A DNA stretch of 64,000 nucleotides, taken from the NCBI GenBank assembly GCA_039589315.1, contig JBDHHQ010000053.1, forward strand, positions 1-64,000. The letters run 5' to 3'. The notes under the pieces were generated by a model. It saw nothing but the letters and a program-made list of their open reading frames with translations, searched no databases and was not told the DNA's origin. The first letter of the stretch is position 1; each line of letters starts with the position of its first letter. This stretch comes from Gemmatimonadota bacterium (lineage in GTDB: Bacteria > Gemmatimonadota > Gemmatimonadetes > Longimicrobiales > Gaopeijiaceae). Below, one piece after another: positions 38,969-47,459 of the stretch. The translations under genes were made by a program, and so were the position numbers.

Positions 38969-40804
38969 TCACGGAAGCCCGAGCTGCCTCCTCACCTCTG
39001 CAGCCTGAGCTTCGTAACGACTGTCAGTCGTGCGCAAGAACTGCTCGAAGGCAGAGCGAGCCCGCACGGAGTCTCCGACTGATCGATACGTGAGGCCGAG
39101 GTTGTACCAGGCTGACGCCATCCCGGAGTCGGCATCGACCGCTCGTTCCAGGTATCGGACCGCGCCCCCCGGATCACCCTGCATGAGCGCGAGCGCCCCG
39201 AGGTCCGAGAGGGCACCGGCGTGAGCGGGGTCCACCTCTATGGTTCTGAGCCAGTAGTCGGTGGCCTCCGCCACGCGTCCCTGGTCTCTGAGCACACGCG
39301 CCTTGCCGTAGAGCACTTCTGCGTCTTTCGAGGTTACGACGAGCGCGCTGTCCGCGTACGCGTGAGCCCGGGCGAACTCTTCTCGCTCGCGATAGATGTC
39401 GGCCAGCCGCACGAGTGCCAGGTAGTAACGCGGGTAGATCTCGACCGCAGTCCGCAGGTACGGAATAGCCTCCTCGGATCTCCCGTCGACGAAGAGCACG
39501 TTACCGAGCGCGTACTGGGCCTTGGCGGAGGTGGGAACGCTCCGGACAGCGTGCTGGAACAAGGCCGTGTCGTCCGACCAGTGCGTGAGGTAGCTGCTCG
39601 CTCGGAAGCCAAGCGCAGCCATGAGCAGGACCGCCGCTGCTGTGACGGTTCGGGAACGGGTCCGAGCGCGCACCGCCGCCAGTCCGGCTCCAAACGCGAG
39701 CGCGAAGGCGACGCTCGGCAGATACAGCAGGCGCTCACCGAAGATGGTTCCCGTGGGAACCAAGACGTTCGACGCCGGGAAGAGCGATAGTCCATACCAC
39801 GACGCCGCCAAGATCCAAAGGGGTCGTTGTGTCCGGAAGCGATATAGCAGCGCGCCGGTGAATCCGAACACGACCACGGTGATCACGAACCACCCCGCGA
39901 AGACCGTGTCAGCCACCGGAATCACGTCGTAGGAGTAGTCCGGGGAGACAGTGACGGGCGCGACGAGCAGCGCCAATCCGCGTCCGACCACGCCGATCGC
40001 GGTCACGACCCGGGCCGTCGTCGGAGCGTGCGCGGCCGGATTGTCGATGAACGGCACCTCGGCAAGGCCCAGTCCGCCCACGACGGCAGTCCGGGCGACC
40101 AGATAGGCGGACAGCAATCCCGCGTAGGCGGCGTACATTGCCATCCGCCGCTTCGTGACGTCGGTCGCGCCGCGATCCTGGCCAAGAAACAAGTCTTGGG
40201 CGACGACCAAGCCCAGGCCGACGACGCCGACTTCTTTGGAGAGCATCGCCGCCCCGTAGGCCGCCGCCGGGACGAGCGCGGCTGGCCAACGACGCCGCGT
40301 CGCCCAAGGGTGGCTCAAGACCATCGCCAACGTGAACAACGCGGCCAACAGCTCCTTGCGACCTGCGACGGCCGCCACGGCCTCCACGTGGACCGGGTGC
40401 AGGGCAAAGAACAGCGCTCCCATCCCCGCGGCGAAACTGGAGAGCCTCCATTGACGCCCAAGCACGAACACGAGCGCGGCTATCATTCCGTGCAACAAGA
40501 CATTGACGAGGTGGAAGCTCCACGGCTCCAGCCCCGCGAGGGCATAGTTGACGGCGTACGACGTGATAGCGAGCGGCCGGTAGAGGTACGTCTCCCGACC
40601 CCCTCCGGTCCAAACGGTCGTAGAGAAGATCTCAGGGAGGTTTTCGAGGGATCGGATGTGTTCGTTCCGGACGATCTCGATGTCGTCGTCGAAGACGAAC
40701 TCGTGCGTCAAAGACGGCGTAAAGAGGCCGGCCGCAACCACGAAGACGACGATCGTCCAGAGCGTCTGAGGAGATATCCGAGCCGCCGACCGTGGCACGC
40801 TCAC
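38969..40804 (-). CDS. TMTC-like (DUF1736/GT-C + TPR) putative protein O-glycosyltransferase
   Basis: FVFDD, YRPL, FHLVNVLLH, FALHPVHVEAV..VAGRKELL, LSKE, DYS, GERLLYLPS, then TPRs. Confidence 0.85.
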   Translation of the reverse strand: MSVPRSAARISPQTLWTIVVFVVAAGLFTPSLTHEFVFDDDIEIVRNEHIRSLENLPEIFSTTVWTGGGRETYLYRPLAITSYAVNYALAGLEPWSFHLVNVLLHGMIAALVFVLGRQWRLSSFAAGMGALFFALHPVHVEAVAAVAGRKELLAALFTLAMVLSHPWATRRRWPAALVPAAAYGAAMLSKEVGVVGLGLVVAQDLFLGQDRGATDVTKRRMAMYAAYAGLLSAYLVARTAVVGGLGLAEVPFIDNPAAHAPTTARVVTAIGVVGRGLALLVAPVTVSPDYSYDVIPVADTVFAGWFVITVVVFGFTGALLYRFRTQRPLWILAASWYGLSLFPASNVLVPTGTIFGERLLYLPSVAFALAFGAGLAAVRARTRSRTVTAAAVLLMAALGFRASSYLTHWSDDTALFQHAVRSVPTSAKAQYALGNVLFVDGRSEEAIPYLRTAVEIYPRYYLALVRLADIYREREEFARAHAYADSALVVTSKDAEVLYGKARVLRDQGRVAEATDYWLRTIEVDPAHAGALSDLGALALMQGDPGGAVRYLERAVDADSGMASAWYNLGLTYRSVGDSVRARSAFEQFLRTTDSRYEAQAAEVRRQLGLP

Positions 40805-40986
40805 TACCCCCGACCGTCGAGTTCTGGACCGTTTGGAGGACGCGGCGGGTCCGCCGACGCTCCGTGAGGCCCACCCGCGGCGCAGTCGATCACGCTTACG
40901 GAAGCGACAAAGCCCGCGATTCGATGCATCGACACAGGTCTTCGGGGAATCCCTCGATGCCCTCGGATGTCTTCCCCCCGCCCATC

Positions 40987-43356
40987 CTACCCGCCCAACC
41001 GCTCTACTGCCTCTCGCGCCAGCCTCAGCAGCTCGAGGTCCGGGTCCGCCTTCTCCCAGCGGAGAAGGAAAGTCCGATAGGCATCCAGGGCCTTGTCCGT
41101 CTCCCCGGTCGCCTCGTAGGCCACGCCCAGACGGTACTTGGCCAGCGTTCGGTCTCCGTCACTCCTCGACAGCCCCTCGTAGATGCGGATGGCATCGGGC
41201 CAGAGCCCGGTCCCGAAGGCCAGATCCCCCAGGTCTCCTGTGAAGAATGCGCGATAGAACGTCTCCCGCGGCAGGACGTCGAGAGTCTCGCGAAGGCGTC
41301 GGTACCCCTCTTCCAAGCGACCCTCGCTTGCAAGAAGCCGGGCATCCTCCACGGCTGCGATGACAACCCGGATGCCGGTGGTGTCCCACTGGACGCCCTC
41401 CAGATTCTGCTCCAGGTACGTTCGAGACCGCTCCAGGTGGCGTCGGGCCGCCGCCGTCTCTCCCAGCAGCGTCGCCAACCGGAACCGGTTGCCGTGAAGC
41501 TGGCTGACCCAGGGCCCGGACTCGTCGATCTCCAGGAGCGATTCGTAGGTCGAGCGAACGAGGTCGACGCCGTCCTGGCCCAATCCCGACGCGTCCTCGA
41601 TCCAGCCTGCGTGCCGGACCTTCGACTGTGGTGAGTCGTCTTCCGAAAAGAGCCGACGCAGCGCCTCGAACTGGCCCGTCCCGATGTAAAGGCGAGGGTA
41701 CCAGGCTCGCGCACCGTCAGGGTCGACTCGGGCCAACGCCTCCAGGTGAGGCTCGGCGGTCGCGAGCCCGTCGTCGAGACGGCCGTACATGCCGTTGTGG
41801 AGTAGGCCCAACTCCTGCTGCGCCATCGTGGCCAACGTCTCGATGGCCGCGGCTCGCTGCTCCTCGTCGCCCCTGAGGAATTCCCACTTGAGTCGCATGC
41901 GGTCCTGGCGAACCGGGTCTCCACCATGCTCCTCGAAGGCAGCCATCAGCTCGTGGTAGCGGTCGGGCTGGTTCTTCTCGATGGCCCACTCCGTGGCGTG
42001 GGAGTAGTAGGGTCCGAACGTGGGATCGAGCTCGACCGTCCTCTCGAGCGCCTCCTCGAGCTGGGCGTCCGTGATCCCGGTCTCGTCCCACTCGTGAAGC
42101 GCCATCTCCCCCAGGAGATACCACCCGTCCGGATCGTCAGGGTAGCGGCGGATGAAGTCGCGCAGGTTGCCCAGCTCCTTCACGCCGTAGTTGTTCGCGA
42201 TGGCCGAGCCAACCTGCAGAAGCGTGGCCTCGCGGGGCGGGAGGCGGTCGCCGTGATCCGCTGCGCGGCGCTTGTACTCGCGACCCTCCATGGCGCCGAT
42301 TCCCTCGATCCAACCCCACGTCTCGCCGAGGCGCCAGAGCGCCAGAGCGAACGTCGAGTCCTTTTGGACGGCCCGTTCCAGGTGTTCCCGGGCCGTGTTG
42401 AAGTCGCCCCGGCGGAAGGCGGCGTCGCCCTCCAGGTAGTCCCGGAGCGCCGGAACCGACTCGGTCAGGAGCGAGGCCAGGCGGAAGGTCTGGGCCGTGG
42501 AGCCCTGTCCCGTCACGTCGAGCAGCGAACGCATGACGTCGACGGTCAGGGCGTCGACCAGGCTCAGCACCTCGTCGGGGCTCCCCTCGACCTGCCCCGC
42601 CCCCACCTCCTCGCCCGTGTCAAGATCGTAGATGTCGGCGGTGAAGCGGATCCGGCTTCCAAGCTCCACCCCGCTACCGACGACCGCGTACCGGGCACCG
42701 GTCCCCGCGGCCACGCGAAGGGCCTCGTCCAGCTCGGCGTCGGCCGTCTCCCCGATCTCCCTGTTCCATCGGGCCAGCACGGTCCGAGCGTCCACGGCCC
42801 GGTAGCCCGATAGCCCGTCCAGGTTGGCCGAGACCAGGTCGACCATGCCTTCGCGGTACACCTCGAGGTCCGGGCCCGTGACGTGGAACGGCAGCACCGC
42901 GATGCCGCTGGCAACGTCGTCGGCGCCTGCCTCCTGAGGCCCGATGAGCGAGGTCGGCCCCCGGACAAGGACGTAGACACCGGCAGCGCCGAACAAGAGG
43001 GACAGCGCCACCACGCCACCCAGAATCGCCCGGCCCCAGGTGAGGTGGGGGAGCCGGCCCGACCTGAGGCTGCTCACGACGTCGCCCGGCGCTACCTGCC
43101 AGTCGGTGGGGACCTCGCCGGCTTGCTCCCGGGCCGTGGTCTGGGGCAGGGACTGGACCCAGGCGGTCGCCAGCACCACGAACATGCCGACGGCCAGGAG
43201 GATCAAGGCGACCGGGCCCACCCACTCGGGTAGCTCCAGGAGCCCCATGAGCGTCTCGATGATCTGGAGCACGATCCACGACACGCCGAGGTAGACGAGG
43301 AGGATCTGGACCAGGCGGGCGCGACGAAGGCGGTCCCAGAAGGAGGGCTGGCTCAT
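40987..43356 (-). CDS. Membrane-anchored TolB-like/TPR protein
   Basis: N-terminal TM module (RLRRARLVQILLVYL..LELPEW), IAVLPF, TESVPALRDYLEG, DSTFALA, TPRs ending WEKADP. Confidence 0.8.
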   Translation of the reverse strand: MSQPSFWDRLRRARLVQILLVYLGVSWIVLQIIETLMGLLELPEWVGPVALILLAVGMFVVLATAWVQSLPQTTAREQAGEVPTDWQVAPGDVVSSLRSGRLPHLTWGRAILGGVVALSLLFGAAGVYVLVRGPTSLIGPQEAGADDVASGIAVLPFHVTGPDLEVYREGMVDLVSANLDGLSGYRAVDARTVLARWNREIGETADAELDEALRVAAGTGARYAVVGSGVELGSRIRFTADIYDLDTGEEVGAGQVEGSPDEVLSLVDALTVDVMRSLLDVTGQGSTAQTFRLASLLTESVPALRDYLEGDAAFRRGDFNTAREHLERAVQKDSTFALALWRLGETWGWIEGIGAMEGREYKRRAADHGDRLPPREATLLQVGSAIANNYGVKELGNLRDFIRRYPDDPDGWYLLGEMALHEWDETGITDAQLEEALERTVELDPTFGPYYSHATEWAIEKNQPDRYHELMAAFEEHGGDPVRQDRMRLKWEFLRGDEEQRAAAIETLATMAQQELGLLHNGMYGRLDDGLATAEPHLEALARVDPDGARAWYPRLYIGTGQFEALRRLFSEDDSPQSKVRHAGWIEDASGLGQDGVDLVRSTYESLLEIDESGPWVSQLHGNRFRLATLLGETAAARRHLERSRTYLEQNLEGVQWDTTGIRVVIAAVEDARLLASEGRLEEGYRRLRETLDVLPRETFYRAFFTGDLGDLAFGTGLWPDAIRIYEGLSRSDGDRTLAKYRLGVAYEATGETDKALDAYRTFLLRWEKADPDLELLRLAREAVERLGG

Positions 43357-44470
43357 GGGCTCCCCCAGACGTCCCGGAAGTACCGCTCCCAGTTCCCTCC
43401 GATGACCTTCTCCACAACGGTTGCGGAGTGCGCTCGGGCCAGCATCGCATCCGCGATCTGCTCCATACGCCTGGGCGTGTTCAGCTCCGGCACGAACAGG
43501 AGCTCGTATTCCCGCGGGGCGCCGATCCCGAGGCGCTGACGCTCTGCCGCGAACGCCTCCAGGCCCGCCCGGTACTCGGCCGTCGCCTCGGTCGGCGTGA
43601 TGGAGTTGTCACTGCCGATGCCCACGTGGTCCTCGCCACACACGTTCACGGCGTGCTCGATATGCTGAATCAGGTGCTCGGCCCATCGGCCATGGCCCGA
43701 AGCTCCTCGTCCCGCTTGCTCCGAGGGTGCTCGTACACCGCCTGGCACGCGCTGTGGGTAATGGCCACCGGCTGGGTGGACGTCTCGATGGCCTCGGCCG
43801 TGGTGCGTTGGCCGCAGTGCGACGTGTCCACGGCGATGCCGAGCTCGTTCATGCGGGCGACGACATCGCGGCCGAACTTGCTCAGGCCGCCGTTACCGGT
43901 CTCCAGGCACCCGTCACCCACCTCGTTCCGGAGGTTGTACGTGAGCTGGATGACCTTGACGCCGAAGTCGTGGAACAGGTCCAGGCGGCTCACGTCACCC
44001 TCCAGCATCGCCGTGTCCTGGAAGCTGTAGATCAAACCCAACCGGCCGGTCTCCTTGGCCCGGTGCAGGTCGGCCACCGTCCGCACCTGCATGAACACCT
44101 CCGGATGCCTGGCCACCTCGCGCTGGAAGTAGCCGATCCCGGCGACGGTGGCGTCGAACGCCGAATGGCCCGCACCCCCCTGGTTGAGTGTCACGCTCAC
44201 CGCAGTGATCCCCGAGCCGCGAGCGTTCTCCACCATCTCGGCGGTGAGCGGCTGACCCATGCGATCCATGACGTTGAACGGGCCCGGGCTGGCCAGGCAA
44301 TCGATGACCATGGCCTCGGCGTAGCCGTCCCAGGCGGCCCTGGCAACCACGGCGGTCAGCCCGTGCGCGTGTGGACCCTCAACCAGCGCATCGAGATCAG
44401 CCATCAACGGGACGGCCGCCATTGCCGAAGCACGGCGGGTGAACTCGCGGCGGCTCAGGCGCTCGGACAT
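43353..44470 (-). pseudogene. Tat-exported membrane dipeptidase (M19), frameshifted by an apparent deletion near 43680
   Basis: SRREF Tat signal, IQLTYN, GGLSKFG, DTSH, ITHS, RSKRDEEL in one frame; HIEHAVNVCGEDHVGIGSD..EKVIGGNW in another; the intervening GGVVG-type strand is missing. Confidence 0.8.
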
Positions 44471-44934
44471 GGTCGGTGCTCCTCCACTTCGACGTGCAGG
44501 CGAGTCGGACCCATGGCGTGATCTTCGAGTCGGCTGATCGGGTCCGCTTTCAGGTGGTCTCCGGGTCTCAGCGTCTGCAGACAGGGAGGATTCAGTATGG
44601 CCTCGCCAGCGCTCGCGCGCGAGGTGGTGGGCAGCCAGTCCGGGGCGACGGGGGTTCTGTTCCAACGCTCACGCTCCCCGCACTATCCGTATGCGGCGAC
44701 ATCGGGCCGACCAGTCCCGTCGAAGCGCCGGACGCTCCGGTCGCGTGGATGCCGAGGCCGGAGGCGCCGCATCGCTGACCCGCGATGATCGCCGTCACCC
44801 TCGACCGCGACCGACCCTACCCGCTTGGCTCTTCCTCGACATCGGAAACGTGACCGGTTGAAACGGGAGCTTACGCATGCATATTGGACACCCTCGCACT
44901 CGCGTCCCTGCCCACACCCCCGAAGGAGCGTTTG

Positions 44935-46350
44935 ATGACCGCACTGAAAGTGATGGAAGGACAGTACCTCGAGCTCGACGACGACGCCGTGGCCGGCTTC
45001 ACCGCCAGCCTGAGAGGCGACCTCGTCACGCCCGAGTCCGATGACTACGACGAAGTACGCGCGATCTGGAACGCGATGATCGACCGCCGTCCAGGTGCCA
45101 TCGTCCGTTGTGCGGGACCGAGCGATGTCATCGCCGCCGTACGCTTCGCACGACAGCACGACCTGCTCGTTTCGATCCGCGGTGCCGGCCACAACATCGC
45201 CGGCAACTCCGTTGCCGATGGCGCGTTGATGATCGACCTGTCGGGCATGACGTCGGTTCACGTGGACCCGGGCCGGGGCATCGTGCGAGCCGAGCCCGGC
45301 TGCACGTTGGGCGATCTCGACCACGAGACCCAGGTCCACGGCTTGGTCGTGCCCACCGGGATCAACTCCACCACCGGGATCGCGGGTCTGACCCTGGGCG
45401 GCGGCTTCGGGTGGCTCAGCCGAAAGCACGGCATGACCATCGACAACCTGATTTCCGCCGACGTCGTCACCGCCGAAGGCGAGCTGGTCCGGGCAAGCGC
45501 CAGCGAGAACGCGGACCTCTTCTGGGGCATCCGCGGCGGCGGCGGCAACTTCGGCATCGTTACGTCCTTCGAGTTCCAGGCTCATCCCGTGGGGCCGGAA
45601 ATCCTGTCGGGATTGGTCGTGCATCCCTTCGCGGACGCGATGGACGTCATGAAGCAAGTGTATGCCCTGACGGACGAGGCGCCCGACGAGCTGACCGTCT
45701 GGGTGGTCCTGCGCAAAGCGCCCCCTCTTCCCTTCCTTCCGGACGAGGTGCATGGCACCGCGGTCCTGGTCCTGGCCGCCATGTACGCCGGCGACATGGC
45801 CGACGGTGAGGCCGCGCTCGCGCCGTTCCGGGCCATCGGCAACCCCATCGCAGACGTGATCAGCCCACACCCCTTCACGGGATGGCAGGCCGCCTTCGAT
45901 CCGCTGCTCACGCCCGGCGTCCGGAACTATTGGAAGTCCCACAACTTCGAGGCGATGACCGACGATATCCTCCAGATCGTGGTCGATTTCACGGGCAAGC
46001 TGCCCACCCCCCACTGCGAGATCTTCCTCGCTCAGTTGGGTGGAGCCACGCGGCGTGTCGCCCACGATGCCACGGCCTACCCTGCCCGGGACGCGGCCTA
46101 TCTGATGAACGTTCACGGCCGCTGGGAAGACCCTGCGGACGACGCGGCCGTGGTCGGGTGGTCCAGGGAGCTCTTCGACAGCCTCACCCCCCATGCCACG
46201 GGCAACGTGTACGTCAACTTCATGCCCGATGACGAAGCGGACCGCATCAGGGGCGCGTACGGGAGCAACTACGACCGCCTGGTGGAGCTCAAGAGGAAGT
46301 GGGACCCGGCCAACATGTTCCGGCTCAACCAGAACATCCGGCCCGACTGA
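44935..46350 (+). CDS. FAD-linked oxidoreductase (BBE/6-HDNO-like, covalent FAD His)
   Basis: RGAGHN, TGIAGLTLGGG.G, DLFWGIRGGGGNFGIVT, YVNF, KRKWDP.NMF..NQNI. Confidence 0.92.
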   Translation: MTALKVMEGQYLELDDDAVAGFTASLRGDLVTPESDDYDEVRAIWNAMIDRRPGAIVRCAGPSDVIAAVRFARQHDLLVSIRGAGHNIAGNSVADGALMIDLSGMTSVHVDPGRGIVRAEPGCTLGDLDHETQVHGLVVPTGINSTTGIAGLTLGGGFGWLSRKHGMTIDNLISADVVTAEGELVRASASENADLFWGIRGGGGNFGIVTSFEFQAHPVGPEILSGLVVHPFADAMDVMKQVYALTDEAPDELTVWVVLRKAPPLPFLPDEVHGTAVLVLAAMYAGDMADGEAALAPFRAIGNPIADVISPHPFTGWQAAFDPLLTPGVRNYWKSHNFEAMTDDILQIVVDFTGKLPTPHCEIFLAQLGGATRRVAHDATAYPARDAAYLMNVHGRWEDPADDAAVVGWSRELFDSLTPHATGNVYVNFMPDDEADRIRGAYGSNYDRLVELKRKWDPANMFRLNQNIRPD

Positions 46351-46359
46351 GGTACCCGG

Positions 46360-46389
46360 AGGGGGGGTGGGCTTATCGCCACCCCCCCT
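46360..46389. terminator. GC-rich hairpin after the oxidoreductase (terminator-like or processing site)
   Basis: AGGGGGGGTGG pairs with CCACCCCCCCT (11 bp, 8-nt loop); no clear U-tract. Confidence 0.45.
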
Positions 46390-46464
46390 TGGTCCCACTA
46401 TGTTCGTTCGCGCGTCCGTCCCTCACCCGTCATCCGACTCCATTCACGGTTCGAAGGCACACCC

Positions 46465-47262
46465 ATGGATCCCACGGTCACGCACGTCGCGGACACCCAG
46501 GAGCCCCTGGAGTCCGTCATCAAGGGCGAGGTCCTGCGCATGTACCAGGAGGTCGCCGACAACCCCGAGAACGAATTCCACTTCTTCCACGGCCGCGAAG
46601 CCGCCGAGATGTTCGGGTACCGCACGGAGTGGCTGGAGCGGGCCCCGGAAGGTGCCGTGGCTTCGTTCGCGGGCGTGGGGAACCCCCACGAGCGCTCGAA
46701 TCTCCAACCGGGGGAGACCGTCCTGGACCTGGGGAGCGGCGCGGGCCTCGACGGGATCATCGCCAGTTGGCAGGTGGGTCCCACCGGTCAGGTCATCGGC
46801 GTCGACCTGAATCCGTCCATGTGCCTCAAGGCCCAGGCCCACGCCGAGGCTACGGGCACCAACATCCAGTGTCACGAAGGCCGCATGGAGGACATTCCCC
46901 TCCCGGACGAGAGCGTGGACGTGGTGCTCTCCAACGGCGTGATCAACCTCTCTTTCCGAAAGAGGCGGGTGATCCGTGAGCTCTTCCGGGTGCTCCGCGC
47001 CGGGGGGCGCATCTCCATCACCGACATCGTCAGCGCCAAACAGCTTTCCCAGTCCATCGTCAACGACCCGCTGCTCTGGGCTTCCTGAATCGGAGGCGCT
47101 CTCCCGGAGGGAGAGATGTTCGAGCTCCTCGAGGATGCGGGGTTCAAGAGGGTCAAGTCGGCCGTGGTGCCCGGCTTCCGCTTCCGCCAGGACTCGACCC
47201 GCAACGCGGCCGAGGCGTACGGCGTCAAGGCGGTCATGATGACGGCGCAGAAGCCGGGGTGA
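46465..47262 (+). CDS. ArsM-like SAM methyltransferase, predicted selenoprotein (UGA 47086-47088 = Sec208)
   Basis: SFAGVGNP, VLDLGSGAGLD, SNGVINL; LWAS-TGA-IGGAL matches ArsM LWxGCIxGAL; the frame continues 57 codons (LEDAGF..AQKPG) to TGA 47260-47262. Confidence 0.85.
47099..47115 (+). promoter_or_regulatory. Bacterial SECIS-like stem-loop
   Basis: CTCTCCC-GGA-GGGAGAG, 7-bp perfect stem starting 11 nt after the UGA; loop begins with G. Confidence 0.7.
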
Positions 47263-47459
47263 TGCCTCCGTCCTGAGGGGCTCACGCGGGAGCCGGTCGT
47301 CGGACGACGTTGCAGGGTCGGGCGGGCACGCCGCACCTTGGTGCCGACCCTTCACGGATCGGCCGCCCGGCGCTCACCCATGAGACCACCAGCCTGGAGG
47401 CCGGCCCCGCGCCTGGAGTCTCGTATGCAAGGCGGTTCGCTGGCGGCCCCGAGGACCCC

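Noticed and set aside
47086..47088. TGA as a true stop or nonsense mutation (207-aa ORF-track call)
   Set aside because: It falls on the conserved Cys column, homology continues in frame, and a SECIS-like hairpin follows.
46465..47262. Assigning the symbol arsM
   Set aside because: The other ArsM cysteines are replaced and there is no ars gene context.
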